This document shows, piece after piece, positions 8,862-16,373 of a DNA stretch of 64,000 nt (position 1 is the first letter of the stretch; every line of letters starts with the position of its first letter). The DNA comes from Clostridia bacterium. Its GTDB lineage: Bacteria; Bacillota; Clostridia; Oscillospirales; CAG-272. The stretch is from assembly GCA_017456985.1 (NCBI GenBank), contig JAFTIH010000027.1:1575-65574 (forward strand). The letters run 5' to 3'. Both the position numbers and the translations under genes were made by a program. The notes beneath the pieces are model-generated. The model searched no databases. It had not been told where the DNA came from and saw only the letters and a program-made list of their open reading frames with translations.

Positions 8862-9929
8862 ATGTTAAACATCAGAATTGAAAAGACCACCGCCCCCAAG
8901 GCAAAGCCTGCAAAGGGCGAGAAGCTCGGCTTCGGTCATATCTTTACCGACCATATGTTCGTGATGAACTATACCGAGGGCAAGGGCTGGTACGATCCCC
9001 GCATCGTGCCTTATCAGAACCTTTCGCTCTCTCCCGCCTCGATGGTGTTCCACTACGGTCAGGAGATGTTCGAGGGGCTGAAAGCGTACAAGGGTGAGGA
9101 CGACAAGGTCTACCTGTTCCGCCCCGATATGAACGCAAAGCGCGCGAACCAGTCTAACGACCGTCTTTGCATCCCCAACATCCCCGAGGAGGATTTCGTG
9201 GAGGCGGTCCGCGCTCTCGTTGAGGTAGAGCAGGATTGGATCCCCACCGATCCCGGCACCTCGCTTTATATTCGTCCCTTCGTGATCGCAACGGACGATT
9301 TCCTGGGTGTTGCGCCCTCTAAAAATTATCTGTTCCTCGTCATCGTTTCTCCCTCGGGTGCGTACTACGCAAGCGGTCTTGCCCCTGTTGGCATCTGGAT
9401 CGAGGACGAGTACGTCCGTGCCGTCAAGGGCGGTATGGGCTTTGCTAAGACGGGCGGTAACTACGCCGCGTCCCTTATCGCACAGGTCAAGGCACACGAC
9501 GATGGTTATTCGCAGGTCTTGTGGTTGGACGGTGTGGAAAGAAAGTACATTGAAGAGGTTGGCGCGATGAACATCTTCTTCAAGATCGCGGGCAAGGTCG
9601 TAACGCCTATGCTCAACGGCAGTATTCTTCCCGGTGTCACCCGTAACTCCGTGCTGACGCTTTGCCGCGCTTGGGGATACGAGGTCGAGGAGCGCCGCAT
9701 CTCGGTGGACGAGCTGGTTGCCGCCGCCAAGGACGGTACGCTCGAGGAGGTCTTCGGTACGGGTACGGCGGCAGTCGTTTCGCCTGTCGGTAAGCTCCGT
9801 TATATGAATGACGTGATGCAGATCGGCGGCGGTGAGATCGGCGAGCTGACGCAGAAGCTGTACGACGAGATCACGGGCATTCAGTGGGGCAAGCGCCCCG
9901 ATCCCTTCGGCTGGAGAGTCGAGGTCTAA
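8862..9929 (+). CDS. ilvE: Branched-chain amino acid aminotransferase
   Basis: 355 aa with class IV aminotransferase motifs: FTDHMF, HYGQEMFEGLKAY, GGNYAASL, EEVGAMNIFF, ILPGVTR. Confidence 0.9.
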   Translation: MLNIRIEKTTAPKAKPAKGEKLGFGHIFTDHMFVMNYTEGKGWYDPRIVPYQNLSLSPASMVFHYGQEMFEGLKAYKGEDDKVYLFRPDMNAKRANQSNDRLCIPNIPEEDFVEAVRALVEVEQDWIPTDPGTSLYIRPFVIATDDFLGVAPSKNYLFLVIVSPSGAYYASGLAPVGIWIEDEYVRAVKGGMGFAKTGGNYAASLIAQVKAHDDGYSQVLWLDGVERKYIEEVGAMNIFFKIAGKVVTPMLNGSILPGVTRNSVLTLCRAWGYEVEERRISVDELVAAAKDGTLEEVFGTGTAAVVSPVGKLRYMNDVMQIGGGEIGELTQKLYDEITGIQWGKRPDPFGWRVEV

Positions 9930-9939
9930 TTGAAAACGA

Positions 9940-9978
9940 CAAGGCTGTTTGAAATCCAAACAGCCTTGCTTTCCTCTT
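9940..9978 (+). terminator. Intrinsic terminator after ilvE
   Basis: 12-bp stem CAAGGCTGTTTG/CAAACAGCCTTG followed by a T-rich tail. Confidence 0.6.
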
Positions 9979-10048
9979 AAAATGCAAACTTAAGGTTGCT
10001 TTTATGCAAACAATAGTTTACATTTAAAGCAAAAGGAGAAAAACGAAA

Positions 10049-11332
10049 ATGAAAAACTTTGATATTGAAACGCGTTGCGTGCAGGGTGGCTACACCCCCG
10101 GCAACGGTGAGCCTCGTCAGATCCCCATCATCCAAAGCACCACCTTCAAGTACGATACGGGCGAGGATATGGGCAAGCTCTTTGACCTGGAAGCGTCGGG
10201 CTATTTCTACTCCCGCTTGCAGAACCCCACCTGCGACACCGTCGCGGCAAAGATCTGTGAGATGGAGGGCGGTAGCGCGGCGATGCTGACCTCCTCGGGT
10301 CAGGCGGCAAACTTCTACGCCGTTTTTAATCTTGCTAACTGCGGCGACCACGTGGTGGCGTCCTCTGCCATCTACGGCGGTACCTTTAACCTCTTCTCGG
10401 TCACGATGAAGAAGATGGGCATTGACTTCACCTTCGTCAAGCCCAACGCGACTGCCGACGAGCTTCGTGCGGCGTTCCGCCCCAACACCAAGGCGCTCTT
10501 TGGCGAGACCATCGCCAACCCCGCGCTCAACGTGCTGGACATTGAAACCTTCGCGACGGTGGCACACGAGATGGGCGTGCCGCTCATCATTGATAACACC
10601 TTTGCGACCCCCGTGCATTGCCGTCCCATCGAGTGGGGCGCTGATATCGTGACCCACTCCACCACCAAGTATATGGACGGTCACGGCGGATGCGTGGGCG
10701 GTGCGATCGTGGATGCGGGCAAGTTTGACTGGATGGCACACGCCGAGCGTTTCCCCGGTCTTTGCACGCCCGATGACAGCTACCACGGTGTCACCTACGC
10801 CGAGCGCTTCGGCAAGGAGGGTGCCTTCATCACGAAGGCGACCGCGCAGATCATGCGTGACCTCGGCTCGGTTTGCGCGCCGATGACGGCGTATATGCTC
10901 AACCTTGGGCTGGAGAGCCTGCACGTGCGTATGCAGCGCCATTATGAGAACGGTCTTGCCGTTGCCGAGTATCTTGCAAAGCACGAGAAGATCGCTTGGG
11001 TGAAATTCCCCTCGCTTCCCGACGACGAGGATTACGCGCTTGCTAAAAAGTATATGCCAAACGGCACCTGCGGCGTCGTCAGCTTTGGCGTCAAGGGCGG
11101 CAGAGAAGCGGCAGAGAAGTTTATGACGGGACTTCGTCTCGCGGCAATCGAAACCCACGTTGCCGACGCCCGCTCTTGCTGCCTGCACCCCGCATCCACC
11201 ACGCATCGCCAGATGAGCGACGCGGAGCTGCTTGCGGCTGGCGTATCGCCCGACCTCGTCCGCTTCTCCTGCGGTATTGAGAGCGCGCGTGACCTGATCG
11301 CGGATATCGAGCAGGCGCTCGCAAACGTATAA
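10049..11332 (+). CDS. metY: O-acetylhomoserine sulfhydrylase (aminocarboxypropyltransferase), PLP-dependent
   Basis: 427 aa with Cys/Met-metabolism PLP family motifs: FYSRLQNPT, SSGQAA, and HSTTKYMDGHG with the PLP lysine. Confidence 0.9.
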   Translation: MKNFDIETRCVQGGYTPGNGEPRQIPIIQSTTFKYDTGEDMGKLFDLEASGYFYSRLQNPTCDTVAAKICEMEGGSAAMLTSSGQAANFYAVFNLANCGDHVVASSAIYGGTFNLFSVTMKKMGIDFTFVKPNATADELRAAFRPNTKALFGETIANPALNVLDIETFATVAHEMGVPLIIDNTFATPVHCRPIEWGADIVTHSTTKYMDGHGGCVGGAIVDAGKFDWMAHAERFPGLCTPDDSYHGVTYAERFGKEGAFITKATAQIMRDLGSVCAPMTAYMLNLGLESLHVRMQRHYENGLAVAEYLAKHEKIAWVKFPSLPDDEDYALAKKYMPNGTCGVVSFGVKGGREAAEKFMTGLRLAAIETHVADARSCCLHPASTTHRQMSDAELLAAGVSPDLVRFSCGIESARDLIADIEQALANV

Positions 11333-11351
11333 GCTGCCCGCGCAGTAGTTT

Positions 11352-11794
11352 TATTGTCGCTTTGCGGCAGTGGTATTCTGCTATAGGCAGAGTGGTATTC
11401 ACCTACGGTGAGTGATATTGTCCGCGCGGCGGACAGTGGTATTCTGCTATAGGCAGAGTGATATTCACCTACGGTGAGTGGTATTGTCCGCGCGGCGGAC
11501 AGTGGTATTCTGCCACGGGCAGAGTGGTATTCACCTACGGTGAGTGGTATTGTCCGCGCGGCGGACAGCGGTATTCTGCCACGGGCAGAGTGGTATTCAC
11601 CTACGGTGAGTGGTATTGTCCGCGCGGCGGACAGTGGTATTCTGCCACGGGCAGAGTGGTATTCACCTACGGTGCGTGATATTGTCCGCGTGGCGGACAG
11701 TGGTATTCTGCCACGGGCAGAGTGGTATTCACCTACGGTGAGTGGTATTGTCCGCGCGGCGGACAGTGGTATTCCGCTTCCGCGGAGTGATAGG
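11352..11794 (+). repeat. Hierarchical tandem repeat: ~6.7 copies of a 66-bp unit, each made of three sub-units (22+20+24 bp) of AGTGGTATT plus a GC hairpin
   Basis: AGTGGTATT or one-mismatch variants start at 11369, 11391, 11411, 11435, 11457, 11477, 11501, 11523, 11543, 11567, 11589, 11609, 11633, 11655, 11675, 11699, 11721, 11741, 11765 and 11786. The intervening hairpins are CTGCCACGGGCAG, CACCTACGGTG and GTCCGCGCGGCGGAC. Confidence 0.95.
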
Positions 11795-11837
11795 CGTGCC
11801 CCGCGCGCAAAAAAAATCAACGAAAGGAGCGACCGAT

Positions 11838-12755
11838 ATGCCCATTCGCATACCGAACGAGCTTCCCGCAACCAAAGTTTTAGCGGATGAAAACATCTTC
11901 GTGATGACCGAGACCCGCGCACAGACGCAGGACATCCGCCCCCTTCGCATCGCGCTTCTGAACCTGATGCCCACCAAGATCGACACGGAAACCCAGCTTT
12001 CCCGTCTTCTCGGTAACACCCCGCTTCAGGTGGAGCTGACCTTGCTGCATACCAAAACGCACGAGTCGAAAAACACCTCCAAGGAGCACCTGCTCGCCTT
12101 CTATAAGACATTCGACGACGTCAAGAGCGAGCGCTTCGACGGTCTGATCATCACGGGTGCGCCCGTTGAGCAGATGCCGTTTGAAGAAGTCGAATACTGG
12201 GACGAGCTTTGTGAGATCATGGCGTGGAGCAAAAAGAACGTCCACAGCACCTTCCACATTTGCTGGGGTGCGCAGGCGGCGCTCTATTACCACTACGGTA
12301 TTCCCAAGTATGCGCTTCCCGAAAAGATGTTCGGCGTGTTCCCGCATACCGTTTGCGACCGCCGCTCTATGCTCTTCCGTGGCTTCGACGACACCTTCTT
12401 CGTGCCGCACTCCCGCCACACCGAGGTGCGCGAGGAGGACATCCGTGCGTGCGAGGCACTGACCGTGCTTTCCACCTCTCCCGCAGCGGGCGTTTACGCC
12501 GTCAGCGCGATGGAGGGCAGACAGATCTTTATTACGGGACATTCGGAGTACGATCCCGATACCTTAGCAAAGGAATTCTTCCGCGACCTTTCGCAGGGGA
12601 AAGCCATTCGCGTGCCCGAAAACTATTTCCCGAGCGACAACCCCGAAAACCCGCCGCTCGTGCTCTGGCGCGCTCATGCTAACTTGATCTACTCCAACTG
12701 GCTCAACTATTTCGTGTACCAGACGACGCCGTACGATCTGGATACGATGGAATAA
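11838..12755 (+). CDS. metA: Homoserine O-acyltransferase (MetA family; probably O-acetyl-forming given the adjacent metY)
   Basis: Canonical MetA N-terminus [23 protein letters not shown] with SD AAAGGAG 8 nt upstream. The track start at 11742 lies inside the tandem repeat and is rejected. Confidence 0.9.
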   Translation: MPIRIPNELPATKVLADENIFVMTETRAQTQDIRPLRIALLNLMPTKIDTETQLSRLLGNTPLQVELTLLHTKTHESKNTSKEHLLAFYKTFDDVKSERFDGLIITGAPVEQMPFEEVEYWDELCEIMAWSKKNVHSTFHICWGAQAALYYHYGIPKYALPEKMFGVFPHTVCDRRSMLFRGFDDTFFVPHSRHTEVREEDIRACEALTVLSTSPAAGVYAVSAMEGRQIFITGHSEYDPDTLAKEFFRDLSQGKAIRVPENYFPSDNPENPPLVLWRAHANLIYSNWLNYFVYQTTPYDLDTME

Positions 12756-12820
12756 TGTTAATTTTTTGTTAAAATTCCAAAATACGGAACCCTCAAAACG
12801 GGGGCTCCATCCCCCAAAAA

Positions 12821-12868
12821 GCAGACGAAACCGTTGTTAAAGGCACGGGCTTTTCGTCTGCTTTTTTT
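12821..12868 (+). terminator. Intrinsic terminator after metA
   Basis: Stem GCAGACGAAA...TTTCGTCTGC followed by TTTTTTT. Confidence 0.75.
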
Positions 12869-13083
12869 CTTTTTTCGGCGTGTTGACGGAGCACGGAACT
12901 TTCGGGGAAAACCCTTCCTTTTCCTCGAAAGTCGCAGAAAAAACGAGTAAAACGGGGCGAAACGGGGGTAAAAATGAAAAAACCGTTAACGGCAAAATGT
13001 AAACCATTCTTTACAAATAGAGGAAAAATTTGGGTTATTTCGCGGCAGAATGTAGGCAAAACATACAAGAAACGCGCGCGAAA

Positions 13084-13100
13084 TTTGTCAATTTGACAAA
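13084..13100. promoter_or_regulatory. Perfect 17-bp palindrome TTTGTCAA-T-TTGACAAA; candidate operator
   Basis: Exact inverted repeat located 26 bp upstream of the -35 element of the large operon promoter. Confidence 0.35.
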
Positions 13101-13125
13101 ATTATTAAAAAAGAGAAAAAAACAG

Positions 13126-13154
13126 TTGATTTTATGAAAGAATTATTATATAAT
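13126..13154 (+). promoter_or_regulatory. Sigma-70-type promoter of the vWA/tubulin-like operon
   Basis: TTGATT (13126-13131), a 17 nt spacer, then TATAAT (13149-13154). This predicts a ~140 nt GC-rich leader before ATG 13300. Confidence 0.55.
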
Positions 13155-13299
13155 GTAACATAGGATTTTATCCCCTAGTATTATATTATAATAAATAAAG
13201 CATGTGCGCCCGTGCGCCCCGCACGCGTCACGGACGGTCCCCCCTCGGGCGGACCGCGAAACTACAACGTGAATTACACCCAGGAAGGAAACAACACGG

Positions 13300-16200
13300 A
13301 TGAAAAAGACGACGAAAATTCTCTCGGTATTGCTCGCGGTGCTTTTGCTCGTTCTGACGGTCCCCGTCACGACGGCGACGGCATCGAACGGCACCGACCC
13401 CTCTTACACCAAGAACAAGGTGGTCTCGGTCCTTTTCGACAACTCGGGCTCGATGCAGGGAGAAAAATGGAATACCGCGCGCTACGCTCTGCAAACGCTG
13501 ATGACGACGCTCGGCAAGAACGATACGCTCCGTGTCGTTCCGATGAACAAGACCAGCGGTGCCGTCAACAAGGACGGAGAATACGTAGAGGTCGATCTTG
13601 CCGCAGAGGATCGCAACAAGGAGATCGAGCGTATCTTTCTCACCGTAGGGGCTACCTTCCTCTCGGCAGCGACCCCCACCGGCAAGACGCCCTCGGAAAC
13701 CATTGGCGTGGCTTTGCAGGAGCTGATAGATATGGGCATGAAAACGACTGCCGAAACGGGCGCCGATGAGATCAGCAAAAACGATTACTTTCTTTTGGTG
13801 CTGACGGACGGTGCCTTCAACCCCAAGGGCGTCCCCGGCGAGGAGATCAAGGATCCCGCCGTGCTCTTTGACGGCTATTTCAAGGACGACCTTTCCAAGT
13901 ACGCTTCTTTCCAAAGCATCTACATCGGCTTCTCGGACGAGGCTCTTGACCTTAGCGCTTATTCCGCAAGCAGCGCGAATTTCTCTGCCTACAAGGCGAA
14001 GGATTCCGCAGCCATCGGCGGCGTGATGAAGCAGGTCGCCAACCGCATCACGGGCAGATACACGTTAGAGAATTTTACGGTCAACGGCAGTACCGTCACC
14101 ATTCCGCTGGATGGCGTGGGCTTTGCCCTAAGAAGCGTAACGGTGATGGCGACCCAGACCAACGCGCGCTTTTCGAGCGCCAAGTACGGAACGGAAACGC
14201 TCACCCCCTCTCAAAACGTGTCCTTCCAGCCCCCTGCCGGAATGGCGGGTAAGGGCGGCTTCACCGCGATCCTTTCCCGTTCTGCGGGAACCTTCTCGGG
14301 CGGCACCATCACCTTGACGCTGGACGAGGCGATCGAGAAAAGCTCCGTTTCCATCCTTCTTGAGCCTGCACTTGCGCTTTCTCCCATCGTGGAATGTGAG
14401 AAGGACGGCTCGTGGATCGAGGTGGATGCGGCTTACATCAACAGCAACCTCACGAAAAAGAACAAGATCCGCCTGTCCTACATCATCACGGAGCAGGGAA
14501 CGGGCAATACGGTGGACCTCGACGCCATTTTCGGCACGACGGTGGCGCGCGTGTCCTACAACACCAAAACATACGACGTCGGCGAAGCGTTCTCTCTTGC
14601 AACGGGTAACCACGAGATCGGACTTTCGGTCAGCGTGATGGACGGCGCGTACAGCCTGTACGCTTCCTTCCCCTGCGTGGTGCTTGACAACCCGACCTCC
14701 TTCCGCATCGAGGACGGCGGAACCGTCACCTCGGGCAACAACTACACCACCACCTTCAAGGTGTTTGACGACGGCAACCTGATCACCAGCCTTTCGGCGC
14801 TGAACGCTTACAGCCCCTCCGTCACGGCGACGCGTGAGGACGGAAGCACCATCCCCGTCAGCGTGATCAAGCGCGATGACGGCACCTTCGCGGCAACGCT
14901 TGCTCTGGACGGCGAGGCGTACGGCACCTTTAAGCTTCGCGCCACGGTGCGCTCGGCGGAGGGCAACCCCCGCACGCTGGACGTTGCGGTAGGGTACTAT
15001 CCTTCGGGACTCGTCATCACCCCCGACAAGACGGAGCTTTCCAAAACGCTCTTTGGCATCATTGACAACACCGAGGGCATCTCCTTCCGCCTGACGGCGC
15101 CCGACGCCGCAACGGGTAACGACATTGAGATCCCCTTCGGTCTTTCGCAGATCACCTACACGGTGACCGCAGGCACGGTGGATCTCACCGCGGCGGCAAG
15201 CGTTTCGGGCAACGTGCTTACGATCGTTCCCACGGCGGAGCTGCTCGGCGCGCTCGCGGGCAGCGTGGGTGAGCACGCGCTCAAGGTGAAGGTCGTCTTC
15301 AACAAGGGCAGCGCGGTCGAAACGGCAGAGGGAAGCGCCAAGCTCGCTCTGACCGATACGGTCTATGAGATCGTTCCCCTTGAAAAGACGCCCGCCCCCA
15401 TCAATCGCTTCTCCCTCTCCAAGAACGAGGGCTCCATCTATTTCCGCGTTCTGCGTGACGGCGTTTCGCTCTCCGAGGAGGAGCTTGCGGCACTGCTTGC
15501 CGACGGCTCGCTGACGGTTAACGCCAATCCTGCGGGCGGACTGCTTGACTTCATCAACGCCATCGGTCCGCTTGCCTCCGAGCAAACGGTGGAAACGGTG
15601 GACGGCGCCCCCGCCATCCGCGCGCGCATCTGCTCGTGTCAGGGCGGCTTCTTACCCTTCATCCTGACTGCAATGTTCGTTTCGGGCGATCGCGTCGAGA
15701 TGACGGCAAGCTATCGCGGTGTGGAGGCGATGAAGGCGGCTCCCCTTGCAAACGCGAGCATCTTCCAGTACGTCATCCGCATTCTCATTTACCTTTACAT
15801 CATCCAGCTGATCATCGTGGCGGTCACCTTCAAGGACCAGACGAAGGTCAAGCGTGTGCCGCAGGGCGCGCTCGTGCGTCTGTCGCTCTCCGCAAAGGAA
15901 GGACGGCACAAGGCGGTGGAAACCGTCAGGATCATCAAGGTCATCAGCCTGAAGGAGCACCTGATGCTCGGACGACTGATCCCCTTCGTAGGACTTCTGC
16001 CGCGCTTCCGCCAGAAGGACGTCCCCACCACCGTGGGCACGCTTCTTTACACCGAGACGGGACTTCGTATGCGCTCTACGCGTGCCTGCGTGGAAGCGGA
16101 GATCCGTACCCGTGACGGCAACAACCCCATCGTTCCCAAGGTTCGCCAGAAGTTTGCGAACATCAAGCCCAAGGGCGGTATCACGCTTCGGTACGAGCCT

Positions 16201-16344
16201 GCGGAGCTGAACAATATGTGGGTCGAGGCAACCGACCAGACCACCGAGGCGGCAAAGCTCTCCCGCCTTGGCACGATGAGCGGCCCCATCTTAAACGACA
16301 ACCTTTACGTCTTTATCGAGAAGAGCTTGTACGAAAAGCGATAA
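13300..16344 (+). CDS. Secreted or membrane-anchored von Willebrand factor A (vWA/MIDAS) protein with a beta-rich ectodomain, a C-terminal TM helix and a ~170 aa tail
   Basis: Signal peptide MKKTTKILSVLLAVLLLVLTVPVTTATA. MIDAS DNSGS (VLFDNSGSM) with downstream TPTGKT and LVLTDG. Long T/S/V/G-rich region. Hydrophobic helix IFQYVIRILIYLYIIQLIIVAVTF (nt ~15761-15832), then a basic tail. Confidence 0.8.
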   Translation: MKKTTKILSVLLAVLLLVLTVPVTTATASNGTDPSYTKNKVVSVLFDNSGSMQGEKWNTARYALQTLMTTLGKNDTLRVVPMNKTSGAVNKDGEYVEVDLAAEDRNKEIERIFLTVGATFLSAATPTGKTPSETIGVALQELIDMGMKTTAETGADEISKNDYFLLVLTDGAFNPKGVPGEEIKDPAVLFDGYFKDDLSKYASFQSIYIGFSDEALDLSAYSASSANFSAYKAKDSAAIGGVMKQVANRITGRYTLENFTVNGSTVTIPLDGVGFALRSVTVMATQTNARFSSAKYGTETLTPSQNVSFQPPAGMAGKGGFTAILSRSAGTFSGGTITLTLDEAIEKSSVSILLEPALALSPIVECEKDGSWIEVDAAYINSNLTKKNKIRLSYIITEQGTGNTVDLDAIFGTTVARVSYNTKTYDVGEAFSLATGNHEIGLSVSVMDGAYSLYASFPCVVLDNPTSFRIEDGGTVTSGNNYTTTFKVFDDGNLITSLSALNAYSPSVTATREDGSTIPVSVIKRDDGTFAATLALDGEAYGTFKLRATVRSAEGNPRTLDVAVGYYPSGLVITPDKTELSKTLFGIIDNTEGISFRLTAPDAATGNDIEIPFGLSQITYTVTAGTVDLTAAASVSGNVLTIVPTAELLGALAGSVGEHALKVKVVFNKGSAVETAEGSAKLALTDTVYEIVPLEKTPAPINRFSLSKNEGSIYFRVLRDGVSLSEEELAALLADGSLTVNANPAGGLLDFINAIGPLASEQTVETVDGAPAIRARICSCQGGFLPFILTAMFVSGDRVEMTASYRGVEAMKAAPLANASIFQYVIRILIYLYIIQLIIVAVTFKDQTKVKRVPQGALVRLSLSAKEGRHKAVETVRIIKVISLKEHLMLGRLIPFVGLLPRFRQKDVPTTVGTLLYTETGLRMRSTRACVEAEIRTRDGNNPIVPKVRQKFANIKPKGGITLRYEPAELNNMWVEATDQTTEAAKLSRLGTMSGPILNDNLYVFIEKSLYEKR

Positions 16345-16373
16345 CCTTTTCGGCATAAGAAAGGAATTTTGAT

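Noticed and set aside
9979-10048. Looked for a SAM (S-box) riboswitch or Met T-box upstream of metY.
   Set aside because: Only ~70 nt lie between the ilvE terminator and the metY start. That is too short, and none of the conserved S-box or T-box sequence blocks are present.
11352-11794. Possible CRISPR array, suggested by regularly spaced short repeats with intervening sequence.
   Set aside because: The repeat is only 9 nt. The spacers are just three recurring palindromic sequences of 11-15 nt, not unique 30-40 nt spacers. No cas genes are nearby. It is a nested tandem repeat.
11032-12111. Long ORFs across the tandem repeat: 359 aa on the minus strand, 138 aa and 73 aa on the plus strand, and the 11742 start of the metA ORF.
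   Set aside because: Their translations are periodic repeats of the 66-bp unit with no start signals. metA has a canonical N-terminus and SD at 11838.
12793-13068. 91 aa minus-strand ORF in the long intergenic region upstream of the big operon.
   Set aside because: It has no SD. It runs through the metA terminator region. The composition is odd and I recognise no family.
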